A stretch of DNA of 64,000 nucleotides from IMG/VR virus record IMGVR_UViG_3300021400_000063. One strand, 5' to 3'. Position numbers and translations under genes: made by a program. Shown piece by piece: positions 42,293 through 53,215 of the stretch; position 1 is the stretch's first letter, and the number at the start of each line of letters is the position of its first letter. Source of the stretch: a virus (taxonomy: Duplodnaviria; Caudoviricetes). A model generated the notes under the pieces. It was not told the DNA's origin. It did not search any database and saw only the letters and a list, made by a program, of their open reading frames with translations.

Positions 42293-44254
42293 ATGGCTGA
42301 AGAAAAAGAAACAAATGAACTGCCTTCTGAAGAGACAACTAAATTTTCTAAAGAAGCTGTTATTGAGACTGAAGGTAATCTTCCGGAAGATTCTGTTCCA
42401 CCAAGACCAAGAGGTGCAAATGAAGCGATTGTAACTCTTGATGAAATGGCATTCAAAGAATCAAAACCTACAGAAATTACTGTAGAAAAAGCTAAAGAAG
42501 ATGCTACAGATGTATCTACAGAAGAAATTGTAGATAATGCTATGAAAAAGGAAGATATTGATAAAATTGATGCAGAAGCAAAAGAATATCTTGAAAAGCA
42601 TTCTAAAGAAGCTGAAATCGATTGGGATAAAATTGAATTCGAAGATGAAGAAAAGAATTTCCCAAAAATTTCTAAAGAAGAACTTGATGTTTTCTGTGCT
42701 ATTTCTGAAGGTTTTATTGATCGTGAAGCTGTAGAAACATATATTCGTATCGCTCATGCTGATATTGAAAATTATCTTGAAGTTAAGAAGCTTGTAGATT
42801 CTGGTGAAGCTACAGAAGATGATAAAGAATATTATGATTCTCTTAGTAAATCTAAAGAAAATTCTCGTATTATTCTTGCATCTATTCAGCAGGATGGTAG
42901 AAAACTTGATAAAGAATTCAAGGAATCTCGTATTGCTGAAGATTTGATTAAAGCTGTAACACTTAAAGCTTGTAGCGATTATATTGTAAAGAAATATCGT
43001 CTTAATAATTCATGGAGACCATCTTCTGATGAACGTTATAAGATTGATAATACAGAATTTATTAGAGATGAACTTCTCAATAAAATGTATATCGCTCCTC
43101 TTTTCCACAATATCATCGAGCGTGATAGAATTAAATCTGAAGTCAGTTTAAAATATAACTTGTTTGGATCTAAATTTTATAATTCACATCTTGATGATTT
43201 TGCTGAAGCAGTTCGCGTTTATATTCGTCAGGGAAAACTTGATTTCGATAAACTTACTATCGAAAAAGTTCTCTCTTCAGATATGAAGACTTTTGAATTT
43301 ATGAGATTACCAATGGTTTGGGCTCTTAAACAATTCAATACAAGTATTCAGTCTGTAAAAGAATGGGAAATGACACCTGAAGAAGAAGAAAAAGTCTCTT
43401 CAAGAATGAATCCTAATAATTTGTTTGATGTTGAATTGAAGGAACTTGCTAACTGGATTGATGATACCATCGACCTTCTTCTCGATCCTTCTGTAACTGA
43501 AAATGGTATGAAACTTGCTATGGATATTATTCAGAAAGATCCATTTACAAAGAAAATTGCTACCGATCCAAATTATGATTGGTCTAACAGTGAAAAAGTA
43601 ATGATGGATATTGCTGAACTTATTCCTGAAAATGTTACAAAACAGAATTTCTCAGAATGGTCAGTTATTTATAAATATCTTCAGAAATATGAAAGATATT
43701 TCTTGTTCTATAAACTTGATGCAACTAACAAATCTGATGAATTTGATGCCGATAAGAAACGTGTAAATACATTCAATGTTCTCTGTGGACTTGTTGAAGA
43801 TTATTATATGTTTATGGTTGGTGAACTTATCACTTCTATGAACAGTTTCTTGTATGAAGCTGGATATAATGGTGAAACACAGAATATTATGTTCTCAACA
43901 GTTATGAGTAATTTCATTTGTCAGCATGAACTTGGTTATCGTCAGAAACTTATTACTGAAGGTGAAGAACAGAATGTTTCTGGAGATGGTTTGTATAATC
44001 TTGCAGAAGATCTTCTTAAAGATAAGTTTACATATATTATCGGAAATAAAAACGATGATATTCTTTTAAAGAATGTAAATCTTATTGAAACTCGTCGTAC
44101 TTACATTAAAGATTGTACAGAACTTATTCAGTTTATTCATTATAATCTTTCAGATGTTAAGAAAGGTGCAGAACATATTATTAAAGAATGTGATTTTGTA
44201 CCTCAAATTAATAATAAATCTTCTAAGAAAAAATCTAGAAGAAATAGACGTTAA
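42293..44254 (+). CDS. hypothetical protein, acidic N-terminus and basic C-terminal tail
   Basis: 653 aa, AGGAG SD; TACA-N6-TATA at 42252. Confidence 0.85.
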   Translation: MAEEKETNELPSEETTKFSKEAVIETEGNLPEDSVPPRPRGANEAIVTLDEMAFKESKPTEITVEKAKEDATDVSTEEIVDNAMKKEDIDKIDAEAKEYLEKHSKEAEIDWDKIEFEDEEKNFPKISKEELDVFCAISEGFIDREAVETYIRIAHADIENYLEVKKLVDSGEATEDDKEYYDSLSKSKENSRIILASIQQDGRKLDKEFKESRIAEDLIKAVTLKACSDYIVKKYRLNNSWRPSSDERYKIDNTEFIRDELLNKMYIAPLFHNIIERDRIKSEVSLKYNLFGSKFYNSHLDDFAEAVRVYIRQGKLDFDKLTIEKVLSSDMKTFEFMRLPMVWALKQFNTSIQSVKEWEMTPEEEEKVSSRMNPNNLFDVELKELANWIDDTIDLLLDPSVTENGMKLAMDIIQKDPFTKKIATDPNYDWSNSEKVMMDIAELIPENVTKQNFSEWSVIYKYLQKYERYFLFYKLDATNKSDEFDADKKRVNTFNVLCGLVEDYYMFMVGELITSMNSFLYEAGYNGETQNIMFSTVMSNFICQHELGYRQKLITEGEEQNVSGDGLYNLAEDLLKDKFTYIIGNKNDDILLKNVNLIETRRTYIKDCTELIQFIHYNLSDVKKGAEHIIKECDFVPQINNKSSKKKSRRNRR

Positions 44255-44307
44255 TTAAATGATATCGTTGGCTTCATGCCAACGATATCTTATTTTCTTT
44301 TAAGGTT

Positions 44308-44321
44308 GACATTTTAATATA
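44308..44321 (+). promoter_or_regulatory. putative late promoter
   Basis: GACATTTTAATATA. Confidence 0.65.
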
Positions 44322-44340
44322 TCTCTAAAGGAGACTTAAT

Positions 44341-45129
44341 ATGGCTAATGAATTAAATAGTCTTTATGATAAATATTTTAAAGAAGAATCTGACGGATCA
44401 TTAATATTTAATGGTGAACGTCTTATTGTAAGAATTCCTCCTTATTTTTATGAAAGTGGAGTAACTAGAGTAAATCAAACTATTGTAGAAACAATGGGAA
44501 TTTTTGAAGGATTAATTTTTGATGATCCTGATGAAGATGATTTAACTAAATATTCTCATAAGTTTACAATGAAGCTTCCGGCAAATATTATTATGAAGCC
44601 TTCTCATATAAATGATTCTATTCAAATTATAGAAGAAGTTGAAAATGAGACTTTGAAAAAAGAAAAATCTATAGATTTAATTTTCTTAAAAGGTGATACA
44701 TTTATTGTAAATGTTAATATTGTACAAGATTTGGATGTTTCAGATAAATACATAGATATTCTTCTTAAAGCACATATGCCTAAAACAATTACTTATGAAG
44801 AATTAGCTATATTGTGGCAAAAATGTGCAGCTATTAATGGATCTGGAGATCTTGAATCTAACTTAGCAACATTTGAATTGATTTGTATGAATCTTACAAG
44901 AGATCCTAAAGATTATACAGTTTTATTTAGAAATGTTTATGAAAAATATTATGCTGCTGGAATAAAAAATGGAACTATGATTAACTATGAACATATTCCT
45001 AAATATACATCAGGATTCACATCATTAACTTCATGGGATCCTAAATATGGTATTACCGTTGCTATGGAACACACTCGTGGTGAAAATAAGAAAGATATTG
45101 TTTCTCCTATTGAGGAAGCTATTAAATAG
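44341..45129 (+). CDS. probable virion structural protein
   Basis: 262 aa; late promoter; 'RDP' and C-terminal 'SPIE' recall a conserved jumbo-phage structural family. Confidence 0.5.
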   Translation: MANELNSLYDKYFKEESDGSLIFNGERLIVRIPPYFYESGVTRVNQTIVETMGIFEGLIFDDPDEDDLTKYSHKFTMKLPANIIMKPSHINDSIQIIEEVENETLKKEKSIDLIFLKGDTFIVNVNIVQDLDVSDKYIDILLKAHMPKTITYEELAILWQKCAAINGSGDLESNLATFELICMNLTRDPKDYTVLFRNVYEKYYAAGIKNGTMINYEHIPKYTSGFTSLTSWDPKYGITVAMEHTRGENKKDIVSPIEEAIK

Positions 45130-45138
45130 GAGTTATTT

Positions 45139-46110
45139 ATGGGTATTTTTGATTACGAACGTTTAAAAAGCACAGTTAATAATTTTAGTTATAATCTTTT
45201 TAATTTTCCAGCAGATTTTTCAAAATCTATTATTTTAGAAAATTCTTATGATGGGATAGTTTATGAAAAACGAACCACTGAGTTTATAACTTCTTATGAT
45301 AGTTCTAATAAACCTGTTAAAAAAGAAGTAAATAGATTTAATCCTATACTTGATTTGAAAATTATGTCTGAAGAAAAAGCTAAAGCATTGCTTATTAAAA
45401 ACGGTGCAACTCAATTTGCTTATAGAGTTAAAGAAATAGGTACTTCATCATCTGAATCTGTAGCTAATATTTCTAAATTTACTAAATTAGTTTCTAATTC
45501 AAAGTTTTTTATTCCTATTGCTAGATCTTTACAAAAAACTAAGCCTACAAATATATTCAATGATAATATATTTAAAGTTACTAAACTTCGTGAAGATATA
45601 TACTTTATAAAAGTTTCAATTAAGCAACAAGATAAACCTAGAATAAATACAATTTTAGCTGTCAATGATAGAACTTTCTGGAAACGATTTACTATAAGAT
45701 ATACAGATCCTATAACAAATGAAGAAACAAAATTAAATGCTAAAGATTTTGATTATAGTGCTTCAGATATAATTACCGATTGTATAAATAATCCATCTAA
45801 TTTTTCTATAAAAATGTATTACATTTATGATGAAAAAGATAGGCAAATTGAATATTTTAATACAACTTATCCTGATTTAGAAAATCCTAAGGATAGTGAA
45901 AGTTTTATAGATCCTGAAATAGCTGTAGTTGAATTTGTTGGAGTTTCACATTATAATAAACGAACTTGGTTAGCTATTCTTATTAGTGATGGTAGTGGTA
46001 TAATTTATACAGATAATACCGACATTCCTAATTTAGAATCATATAAAACTGTAAATTCTAATACATATTATGCTGGTGATGAATCAGAAATATGTATGGC
46101 ATATCGATAA
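45139..46110 (+). CDS. hypothetical protein
   Basis: 323 aa, AGGAG SD. Confidence 0.8.
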   Translation: MGIFDYERLKSTVNNFSYNLFNFPADFSKSIILENSYDGIVYEKRTTEFITSYDSSNKPVKKEVNRFNPILDLKIMSEEKAKALLIKNGATQFAYRVKEIGTSSSESVANISKFTKLVSNSKFFIPIARSLQKTKPTNIFNDNIFKVTKLREDIYFIKVSIKQQDKPRINTILAVNDRTFWKRFTIRYTDPITNEETKLNAKDFDYSASDIITDCINNPSNFSIKMYYIYDEKDRQIEYFNTTYPDLENPKDSESFIDPEIAVVEFVGVSHYNKRTWLAILISDGSGIIYTDNTDIPNLESYKTVNSNTYYAGDESEICMAYR

Positions 46111-46158
46111 AATGATAAACTGAGGCATTTTAGCCTCAGTTTTTCTTTATTATTCAAA

Positions 46159-46172
46159 GACAAATTTATATA
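46159..46172 (+). promoter_or_regulatory. putative late promoter
   Basis: GACAAATTTATATA. Confidence 0.65.
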
Positions 46173-46189
46173 CTTACAGAGGTAACTAT

Positions 46190-47875
46190 ATGTTAGATTC
46201 AATGTCGATTAACTTAGTTAATCCTAATAAAGATATAGAAATTAATGGCTGGAAAGAAGTAACATCAACTTTATATTTTGTTCCTAGTACATCAGAATTA
46301 CATCCTGAAGGAATGTTTTCTGAAGAAATATTTGGTGCTCCTGGTACAGAAGATCGTAAAACTAAATGGGGATGGGTAAATTTAAATGATGTATTTATGA
46401 ATCCTCATGCTTTTTATGTTTTAAAACGATTGAAAAAAGGTATAGCAAATGATATGAAACTTGGTATCGGAAGATACTATGTTGATAAAACTGGTGAACT
46501 TACTAAAATTGATCCTGGCGAAACTGTTCCAGCTGATGCAGTTTATAAAAATACTGGTACTGGAATTACTTGGTTGAAAGAAGCATGGCCTTATATTTCT
46601 TGGAGAATTACAAATGATATGAGTAAAGCTGCTAAAACACGTAGAAAGTGGCTAAAAGCTTATACCGTAGATGAAATTTTCTGGGATAAATTATTAATAA
46701 TGCCTGCTTGGTACCGTGATGTTAAATATTCATCTGATGGAAGTTCTAAAAGAAATATTATAAATCAGTTATATGCTAAGATATTACGTTTAGCGGATAT
46801 TATTAAAAATCTCGATGATATTTCATTCATGGATGATCCAAATGAACCAAAACGTTCAATCTCTCATGTAAAAATGCAAGATGCTCTTTATGAGATTTAT
46901 GAATTTTATATGAAAAAGATCGGTGGTGCTGACGGTTTTGCTAATAAATTCGTAGTTGGTAAAGCAACAGACTATGGTGCTCGTTTGGTTATTTCTCCGC
47001 CAGATTTTAACACAGAACATTATACACAATGTGAAGCAGATTTCTTCCACTCTTCAACACCATTAGCTACAGCAGCAAATATTTTTGCTCCGTTTATGAT
47101 TTTCGGCATTTCAAGATGGATTCAAAATTATGTATCTGGTAGAATATCTATTAATTATTATGATTTTGAACAAAAGAAATTAATTGAAGCTCCACTTGAT
47201 AGTACATGGATTGATGAATTTACAACAGATTCTATCAGAAATGTTTTAGACAATTATAAAAAATCTAAACATTATCGTGTAGAAAAAGTAACACTTAAAG
47301 GTGAAAATGGATTTAGAATTCCATTAACAGTTCGTATGAATGTTGTTGATGGTAAACCATCTTTTTCTACAGATATTACAGAAGATGATGAAAATCCTAG
47401 TTCATATAGAGAACTTACATATTGTGAATTACTTTATATTGTAGCTATGGATAATATTAAAAATAAATCTATTTATAATACACGATATCCGTTGACTACA
47501 TATAATAATACTTATTGTGGTCTTATGAATATTATTCCTTGTAACGAATACACTTCTGTTTTCTTTAACGGTGTATTATATCCACGTTATCCTATTTTGA
47601 ATTACAAAACATCAGAAGATATTGAAGGTATGTTTACAGATACAATGCGAATGTTCTCAACATATCTTGCTGCGATGGGTGCGGATTACGATGGTGACCA
47701 GATTTCTACACAAGGTGTATTTACACAAGAAGGTAATGAAGACGTTTATAAACATATGAAAGAAATTTCAAATGTTGTTGGTATAAATGGAAATGTTATG
47801 CGTGAATTCCCTAATGTTATTCCACATGGTATTTACGGTTTAACATATATGATTCCAAAACCAGTAGCTAAATAG
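46190..47875 (+). CDS. rpoC: RNA polymerase beta' subunit, N-terminal/catalytic part (probably virion RNAP)
   Basis: 'GMFSEEIFG', 'GK.TDYGARLVI', 'RYP', catalytic GADYDGDQ. Confidence 0.92.
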   Translation: MLDSMSINLVNPNKDIEINGWKEVTSTLYFVPSTSELHPEGMFSEEIFGAPGTEDRKTKWGWVNLNDVFMNPHAFYVLKRLKKGIANDMKLGIGRYYVDKTGELTKIDPGETVPADAVYKNTGTGITWLKEAWPYISWRITNDMSKAAKTRRKWLKAYTVDEIFWDKLLIMPAWYRDVKYSSDGSSKRNIINQLYAKILRLADIIKNLDDISFMDDPNEPKRSISHVKMQDALYEIYEFYMKKIGGADGFANKFVVGKATDYGARLVISPPDFNTEHYTQCEADFFHSSTPLATAANIFAPFMIFGISRWIQNYVSGRISINYYDFEQKKLIEAPLDSTWIDEFTTDSIRNVLDNYKKSKHYRVEKVTLKGENGFRIPLTVRMNVVDGKPSFSTDITEDDENPSSYRELTYCELLYIVAMDNIKNKSIYNTRYPLTTYNNTYCGLMNIIPCNEYTSVFFNGVLYPRYPILNYKTSEDIEGMFTDTMRMFSTYLAAMGADYDGDQISTQGVFTQEGNEDVYKHMKEISNVVGINGNVMREFPNVIPHGIYGLTYMIPKPVAK

Positions 47876-47886
47876 GAGTTTGACAG

Positions 47887-50800
47887 ATGCCTAAAAGTAA
47901 TAATAGTAATTTAGATATTCTAAATAATGATGCTAATCTTAGTATTTATGCGGATCATTTAGGATTAACCCCACAATTCATTCAAGATAATAGAAATCAA
48001 CTTGATCGAATTGAAAAGATGGTATCTAAGAGTTTGAAAAATACTGATGAGGATGATCCTAATTATGTATTTAATACTATGAAGCAGCTTCAAAATCTTA
48101 CTAAAGAAACATTCATAGCTGATTCATATGATACATCTTTAAATAGAAATTTTGGTGGAATGTACGGAGATCCAACTACAAGAGATGGTTTTCGTATGGT
48201 ATATAGCGATAATGATAATAAAGAAGATTTGGAAACTTATAATTTCCATGCTTCTATTTTTTCATCATATCGTAATCTTGTTTCAGAATATCGTAATGTA
48301 GCACGTCTTATTCCAACAGTTTATAGATGTGCTGATATGAAAGCTAGAGATATTTTAGCAATCAATGAAATTACAAAACGTTCTGTTTCGAATGTATATG
48401 TTCCTAGTACATTAAATCCCGATGATAATGATCCTTCAGTATTATCTGAAAACCCTATCAATGAACGTATTGAAAAAGAAATTCTTGATAGATATAGTAT
48501 TGAAGATAGACTTCCTAGATATTTACGTACTGCTCTTATTGAAGGTGCTAAACCTGTAGTTGTTTTCCCATACACAGATATTATGGAAATGGCTAAAATT
48601 AGTATGCGTAATTTCTCACAAAAATATGCAGACTATAAGTTCAGAACTTCTGCTAATTCTACAGAAGCTTATGAAGATGTTATTTCAGATTATCATTCTA
48701 GGGAACATCGTTTAATTCCTAATTTCAATGATCCTAAATATAAAATCATGTCTACAGAATCTGTAGACGGTGAAGAAAAATTAACATTTAATAAGAAAAA
48801 TTATACAGATTTAAGAGATTCAGTAATTGACAAATTCGTATCAAAAGAAGATCTTAATGAATATATGGCTCGTGGTATTGAAGATGTTACCAATAATATC
48901 GAGCGTGTTAGAAATGAAAGATTGTTTGATATTTACGGATCTAATGTAATTAATAAAACTGAAAAAGTTAATGAAGTTAATGAAAAATTCCGTGAATTCC
49001 AAGATAAAGTAAAAGTTGATGGTTCATTGTCTGAACATTTTAAAGAACAAATCTTTAATGCTGTTAAAACAATCGATAGTAATATCGAATTCTATGATCA
49101 GTCTGAATTGGCTATGGGTGTTTCTATTAATAACTTCCGTAGACTTATGCAGATGTCAGCTTATCATGAAAATCCTAAAGCTGGATTAAAAGCATTCAAT
49201 GCTAGACTTCAAGATGAAAAACGTCTTAAAGAACGTGATAAGAATTATGATCAAGATCCAATAGTTAAAGATGGAATGGAAATTGATAACGGACCTAAAT
49301 CAGTACTTGATGAATTCGCATCAGATTTTTCACCTAATGAATATTCTTTATTAAACGATTGTTTGATTAAAGAATATGATGCTGAAGATGTTATTCCTGT
49401 AATCGTTGCAGGTAGACATGTAGGTTACTACATCATTGAAACTTCACCATATACAGGAAACGTTGAATCTGTAAATAAACGTAATTGTAACTTTACAGAT
49501 ATGTTCCTCAATCTTGGTATCAATAATGATTTTGCTATATCTCCTTCACCAGCTACATCTGGTTCATTTGGAGCGGGTGTTCAGGGAGTTCCTATGGGTG
49601 GAATTGCTGCTGTATCAGATTTACCTTCGGTAGGTATTACAGGCGCAGGTTCAATGGCTCTTGGAGCAGGATTGGATATAGCAGGTTTTGATGTTGGTGT
49701 GGCTGGCGATGATGCTATTCGTCGTAATAATATCATGAAAAAGATTATGTTTAATGTACTTAAACAAAAAATTCATAGACATGATATTGAAGACGATGAA
49801 ACATTTATGGATACTATTATGGCTCTTATTAGAGATGGAGCTATTGTACAGAATCGTATTAAGATTATGTATATTCCTGAAAAATATATGTGTTATTTTA
49901 CACCTGGTTTGGATGGAAATGGTATTCCTGAATCATTTATGAAAAACTGTTTATTCACATGTTATGAGAAGATTCTTGTAAATATGAATAATATCATGAC
50001 TCGTCTTACTCGTACAGGACAGCGTGATAAGATTACAGTTAATGTTGGTAAAGCTAAAAACTTTGGTTATTCTATCAGAGCTATTGAAAATGCTTTAACC
50101 ACTCGTAAATTAAATGTTGAATCTCCATTCACTTCATTATCAAGAGTTCTTAAATCAGCATCATTGTCTGAAACAATCGTTGTACCAATTTATGATGGTG
50201 AACAATTGTTTGAATATGAAGATATCTCACAGCATAATATGATAGATCAACAAGATGATCTTGAACAAAGATTGGAAAATGATATTGTTACACAGCTTAA
50301 ATGTCCTGTAACTATTACCAATCCTTATCAAGAAGAAGATTTTGCTTCATTAGCAGCTTCTAGAAATGCTGAATATCGTTTTGATCTTATTAAACTTCAG
50401 GGAGTATTTGGTAATATTGCTACTAAATTTATCAAATTACTTATTGTTGGTTCTGGATTGTATAAGAAAATTAAAGATGGAAATAAAGATTTCTCTCTTT
50501 CAGAAATTCTTGTACGCTTTGCTCCTCCTGAAAGTTTGAATATGCAAAATGCTAATAATTTATTCGCAACCGTTCAATCTTACATCGATAATATTATTGG
50601 TATCGCTATCAATCCTGATGATAATACTGAAGTTACCAATTCTACAAGATTTAAATTTAAACAAAAACTTTATCAGCAACTTATGCCTGGTATCGGTTTG
50701 GATAAATATATACGTCTTGCACAGAATCTTAGACCTGAAGCTAATAAAACCGCTATTGAAAACAGAATAAATAGATCGGTTAATGATCAAATTGTTAATA

Positions 50801-50898
50801 CTGAATTCAAACCTATAATTGTTACACCTGATGGTAAAGTAACAACTAATGACGGTTTGAATCAAGGTATTGGTAATGATGAAGCTGGTGGTTTCTAA
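47887..50898 (+). CDS. probable portal protein (phiKZ-like large portal)
   Basis: 1003 aa; 'ALIEGAKP', 'VIPV..AGRHVGYY', 'YIP' motifs recall jumbo-phage portals; late operon. Confidence 0.6.
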   Translation: MPKSNNSNLDILNNDANLSIYADHLGLTPQFIQDNRNQLDRIEKMVSKSLKNTDEDDPNYVFNTMKQLQNLTKETFIADSYDTSLNRNFGGMYGDPTTRDGFRMVYSDNDNKEDLETYNFHASIFSSYRNLVSEYRNVARLIPTVYRCADMKARDILAINEITKRSVSNVYVPSTLNPDDNDPSVLSENPINERIEKEILDRYSIEDRLPRYLRTALIEGAKPVVVFPYTDIMEMAKISMRNFSQKYADYKFRTSANSTEAYEDVISDYHSREHRLIPNFNDPKYKIMSTESVDGEEKLTFNKKNYTDLRDSVIDKFVSKEDLNEYMARGIEDVTNNIERVRNERLFDIYGSNVINKTEKVNEVNEKFREFQDKVKVDGSLSEHFKEQIFNAVKTIDSNIEFYDQSELAMGVSINNFRRLMQMSAYHENPKAGLKAFNARLQDEKRLKERDKNYDQDPIVKDGMEIDNGPKSVLDEFASDFSPNEYSLLNDCLIKEYDAEDVIPVIVAGRHVGYYIIETSPYTGNVESVNKRNCNFTDMFLNLGINNDFAISPSPATSGSFGAGVQGVPMGGIAAVSDLPSVGITGAGSMALGAGLDIAGFDVGVAGDDAIRRNNIMKKIMFNVLKQKIHRHDIEDDETFMDTIMALIRDGAIVQNRIKIMYIPEKYMCYFTPGLDGNGIPESFMKNCLFTCYEKILVNMNNIMTRLTRTGQRDKITVNVGKAKNFGYSIRAIENALTTRKLNVESPFTSLSRVLKSASLSETIVVPIYDGEQLFEYEDISQHNMIDQQDDLEQRLENDIVTQLKCPVTITNPYQEEDFASLAASRNAEYRFDLIKLQGVFGNIATKFIKLLIVGSGLYKKIKDGNKDFSLSEILVRFAPPESLNMQNANNLFATVQSYIDNIIGIAINPDDNTEVTNSTRFKFKQKLYQQLMPGIGLDKYIRLAQNLRPEANKTAIENRINRSVNDQIVNTEFKPIIVTPDGKVTTNDGLNQGIGNDEAGGF

Positions 50899-50934
50899 AT
50901 AATTAAACAAGAGGGAATCTATTCCCTCTTGTTT

Positions 50935-50951
50935 TATATATTATTATAATG
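50935..50951 (+). promoter_or_regulatory. early-type promoter 17-mer
   Basis: TATATATTATTATAATG directly after the terminator at 50905-50935. Confidence 0.65.
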
Positions 50952-50962
50952 AGGTGGTAAAT

Positions 50963-51460
50963 ATGAAAAGATTATCAAAAAATTATGATGTTAGATTGAG
51001 TTCTAACCTTATTGAAAGATCTAAATATTTAGATCTTTCAAAATCTTTCGGATGGCCTGTAATACATATTCTTGGTCTGCGTTATAAGGATATCACAATG
51101 AATGGTTTGACCGAAGATAATAAAATCTCTTCGGAAGACCTAGTAGGATTTTCTAAATCTGTTTATGAAAACAGTAAGAAATTTAGAAAATTCTGCAAAC
51201 AATACTTCAAGAGAGTTAACAAACAACTCTCTGAAGAAGCTCCAGATGGATGGTTGAAATATCATCTTTCTGGTGTTAAAAACCCACTTGCAGTTTATGC
51301 TGAACTTGGTGGGGTTGTTGAATATGATTGTAAGAGAAAGTCTTTCATAAAGACTCTTTTACAAGCTATTCGAAACTTTTTCAAAGTTTTATGGAATTTC
51401 TATAAGGCTTTGATTAGAAAAATCATCTATAGTTTGAAACCTGTAAAAGTTTCATATTAA
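50963..51460 (+). CDS. hypothetical basic protein (early cassette)
   Basis: ATG at 50963 after GAGGTGG; amphipathic C-terminal helix. Confidence 0.75.
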   Translation: MKRLSKNYDVRLSSNLIERSKYLDLSKSFGWPVIHILGLRYKDITMNGLTEDNKISSEDLVGFSKSVYENSKKFRKFCKQYFKRVNKQLSEEAPDGWLKYHLSGVKNPLAVYAELGGVVEYDCKRKSFIKTLLQAIRNFFKVLWNFYKALIRKIIYSLKPVKVSY

Positions 51461-51516
51461 TTGATGATTTTAAAAAAGAAGGAGAAATTTTAGTATCCTT
51501 CTTTTTTTTCTAAATT

Positions 51517-51530
51517 GACATTTCTATATA
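51517..51530 (+). promoter_or_regulatory. putative late promoter
   Basis: GACATTTCTATATA. Confidence 0.65.
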
Positions 51531-51559
51531 TTACGATTAAAACATTAGGGATAACAATT

Positions 51560-52009
51560 ATGAATTTGGCTAAAATTTTTAGTTTCGAATCATATGAATT
51601 TACACCTAAATACGCTTATAGTACTATTAAAGATTTTACAAATAAGCATAAAAACCAAAATTCATTTGATAAATTAAAAGATTCAATGTTATCCTTAGAG
51701 CACATAAAACAAGATTCGTATGTCTTGCAAATAAATAGTGGTAATTGGGATAGATCAGTTGAATCCTATTTCTTTTCGATTTATTCTGATAAATCGGGTT
51801 ATTATCTTAGAACTGATGATAATAAAATTAAACATTTTCATAATAAAGAAAATGCTTTAAAATATAATTTAGCTAAGATAATGACTAATAAATATTCTTG
51901 TGAAAAGATTCGTTATTTTTGTTATGAATTTAATGAAATGGATGAATCTCTTGAAAGTTACGACTATATAAATTATGCCTATGATTATGGTAGGAGGATT
52001 ATTATATAA
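51560..52009 (+). CDS. hypothetical protein with leader MNLAKIFSFE
   Basis: ATG at 51560 after AGGGA, downstream of the late promoter. Confidence 0.7.
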   Translation: MNLAKIFSFESYEFTPKYAYSTIKDFTNKHKNQNSFDKLKDSMLSLEHIKQDSYVLQINSGNWDRSVESYFFSIYSDKSGYYLRTDDNKIKHFHNKENALKYNLAKIMTNKYSCEKIRYFCYEFNEMDESLESYDYINYAYDYGRRIII

Positions 52010-52764
52010 TGAAAGTTTCTGCTGAACAGTTTAAAAAAATACGTAAAAAGTATGAAGAAAATATTTACAAATTAATGGATGATATTGATCCTTCAGGATT
52101 TAATGCTGATACTTATAGAATAGCTTTTGCTAAAATGTCAGATAAACAATTCATTGATTTGATGAAGAAATATATAGAGCAGGATGATTTAAATCTTTTT
52201 ATAGATATCAATCAACTTGAAAAGAAAAAGTCTGATAATATGACTCTTGAAAAGATTAAAGCTATTGCTGATAAATGGAAGATTAGTTTATTCGAATATG
52301 TATTTATGCCTTTTAGAAATCCTAGAGGTAAACCAATGTGTACATTAACAAAAGTACCAATTATTTACTGTCCGATTAGACGATTCTTCCAACAGATGTT
52401 GCAACATAAAAACTCTATTTCTAATAGTAGCGATCATATTAATCCATTGACTGGACAGGTTGTACAAGAAGATAAAACTGCTTCTACTACAAACGTTCAG
52501 ACTTATGCGTTAGCTGCAACAAATCAAATTAATGCTCTTAAAGAATTTCTTGGTCCTCGTGCAGATGATCAAATAAGTAAACAACAAATGTTGAATACTA
52601 TTGTATCAACTGGTGATGTTAGATTATCTGATTTGGATATTCGAACTCACAATAAACAGGCAGTTAATACTACAGAAGTTTTCTGTAAAGCTGCTGGTCT
52701 AGAGGTTAAATTCTCTGGAAATGATTACGGTAATATAGATTTTGGTGACAAAGATGATCAATAA
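52009..52764 (+). CDS. rpoB: RNA polymerase beta subunit, small C-terminal fragment (virion RNAP, phiKZ gp149-like)
   Basis: 'MSDKQF', 'LFEYV', 'RRFFQQMLQHK', 'NPLTGQV', 'LKEFLGPRADD' match the end of beta. Confidence 0.7.
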   Translation: MKVSAEQFKKIRKKYEENIYKLMDDIDPSGFNADTYRIAFAKMSDKQFIDLMKKYIEQDDLNLFIDINQLEKKKSDNMTLEKIKAIADKWKISLFEYVFMPFRNPRGKPMCTLTKVPIIYCPIRRFFQQMLQHKNSISNSSDHINPLTGQVVQEDKTASTTNVQTYALAATNQINALKEFLGPRADDQISKQQMLNTIVSTGDVRLSDLDIRTHNKQAVNTTEVFCKAAGLEVKFSGNDYGNIDFGDKDDQ

Positions 52765-53215
52765 TAATAGATTATTTTCATATGAAGTTATGAATACCGA
52801 ACCTATAACTATATTAAATCCTACCGGTCTTTCTATTGGTAATTTTAATAAACCTAGTGATAAACTGATACTTGCTGTAGATTTCGATGGTACAATCGTT
52901 GATGATGCTTTTCCAAAAATTGGTAAAGTTAAACCGAATGCTATTGAATCTATAAAGTATTTACAATCCTTTGGAGTTCAAATTATCTTATGGACTTGTA
53001 GAGATGGTGAATATCTTAAACAAGCATTAGCATTTTTATTGGCTAATGGTATTAAAGTTACAAAAGCTAATGATAATTCAAATAGTATAAATTTCAAACC
53101 TTCGAAAAAGATTTATGCCGATTATTATTTAGACGATAGAAGTTTTCCAGGATTTCCTGGTTGGAATATATTTATTGACGCTTTTAAAAACGCTTACGGA
53201 GTAAAGAATGATTAA
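52754..53215 (+). CDS. HAD-superfamily hydrolase with leader MINNNRLFSYE
   Basis: AVDFDGT motif I, 'WTCR', 'KKIYADYYLDDR'. Confidence 0.85.
   Translation: MINNNRLFSYEVMNTEPITILNPTGLSIGNFNKPSDKLILAVDFDGTIVDDAFPKIGKVKPNAIESIKYLQSFGVQIILWTCRDGEYLKQALAFLLANGIKVTKANDNSNSINFKPSKKIYADYYLDDRSFPGFPGWNIFIDAFKNAYGVKND

Noticed and set aside
42293-44254. Chimallin (nuclear shell protein) candidate on size alone
   Set aside because: No recognisable motif, and the gene is not adjacent to non-virion RNAP genes; size is insufficient evidence.
46190-47875. DYDGD instead of DFDGD, and splitting of RNAP subunits, as a novelty
   Set aside because: The substitution is conservative, and split beta/beta' subunits are established for phiKZ/AR9-type phages.
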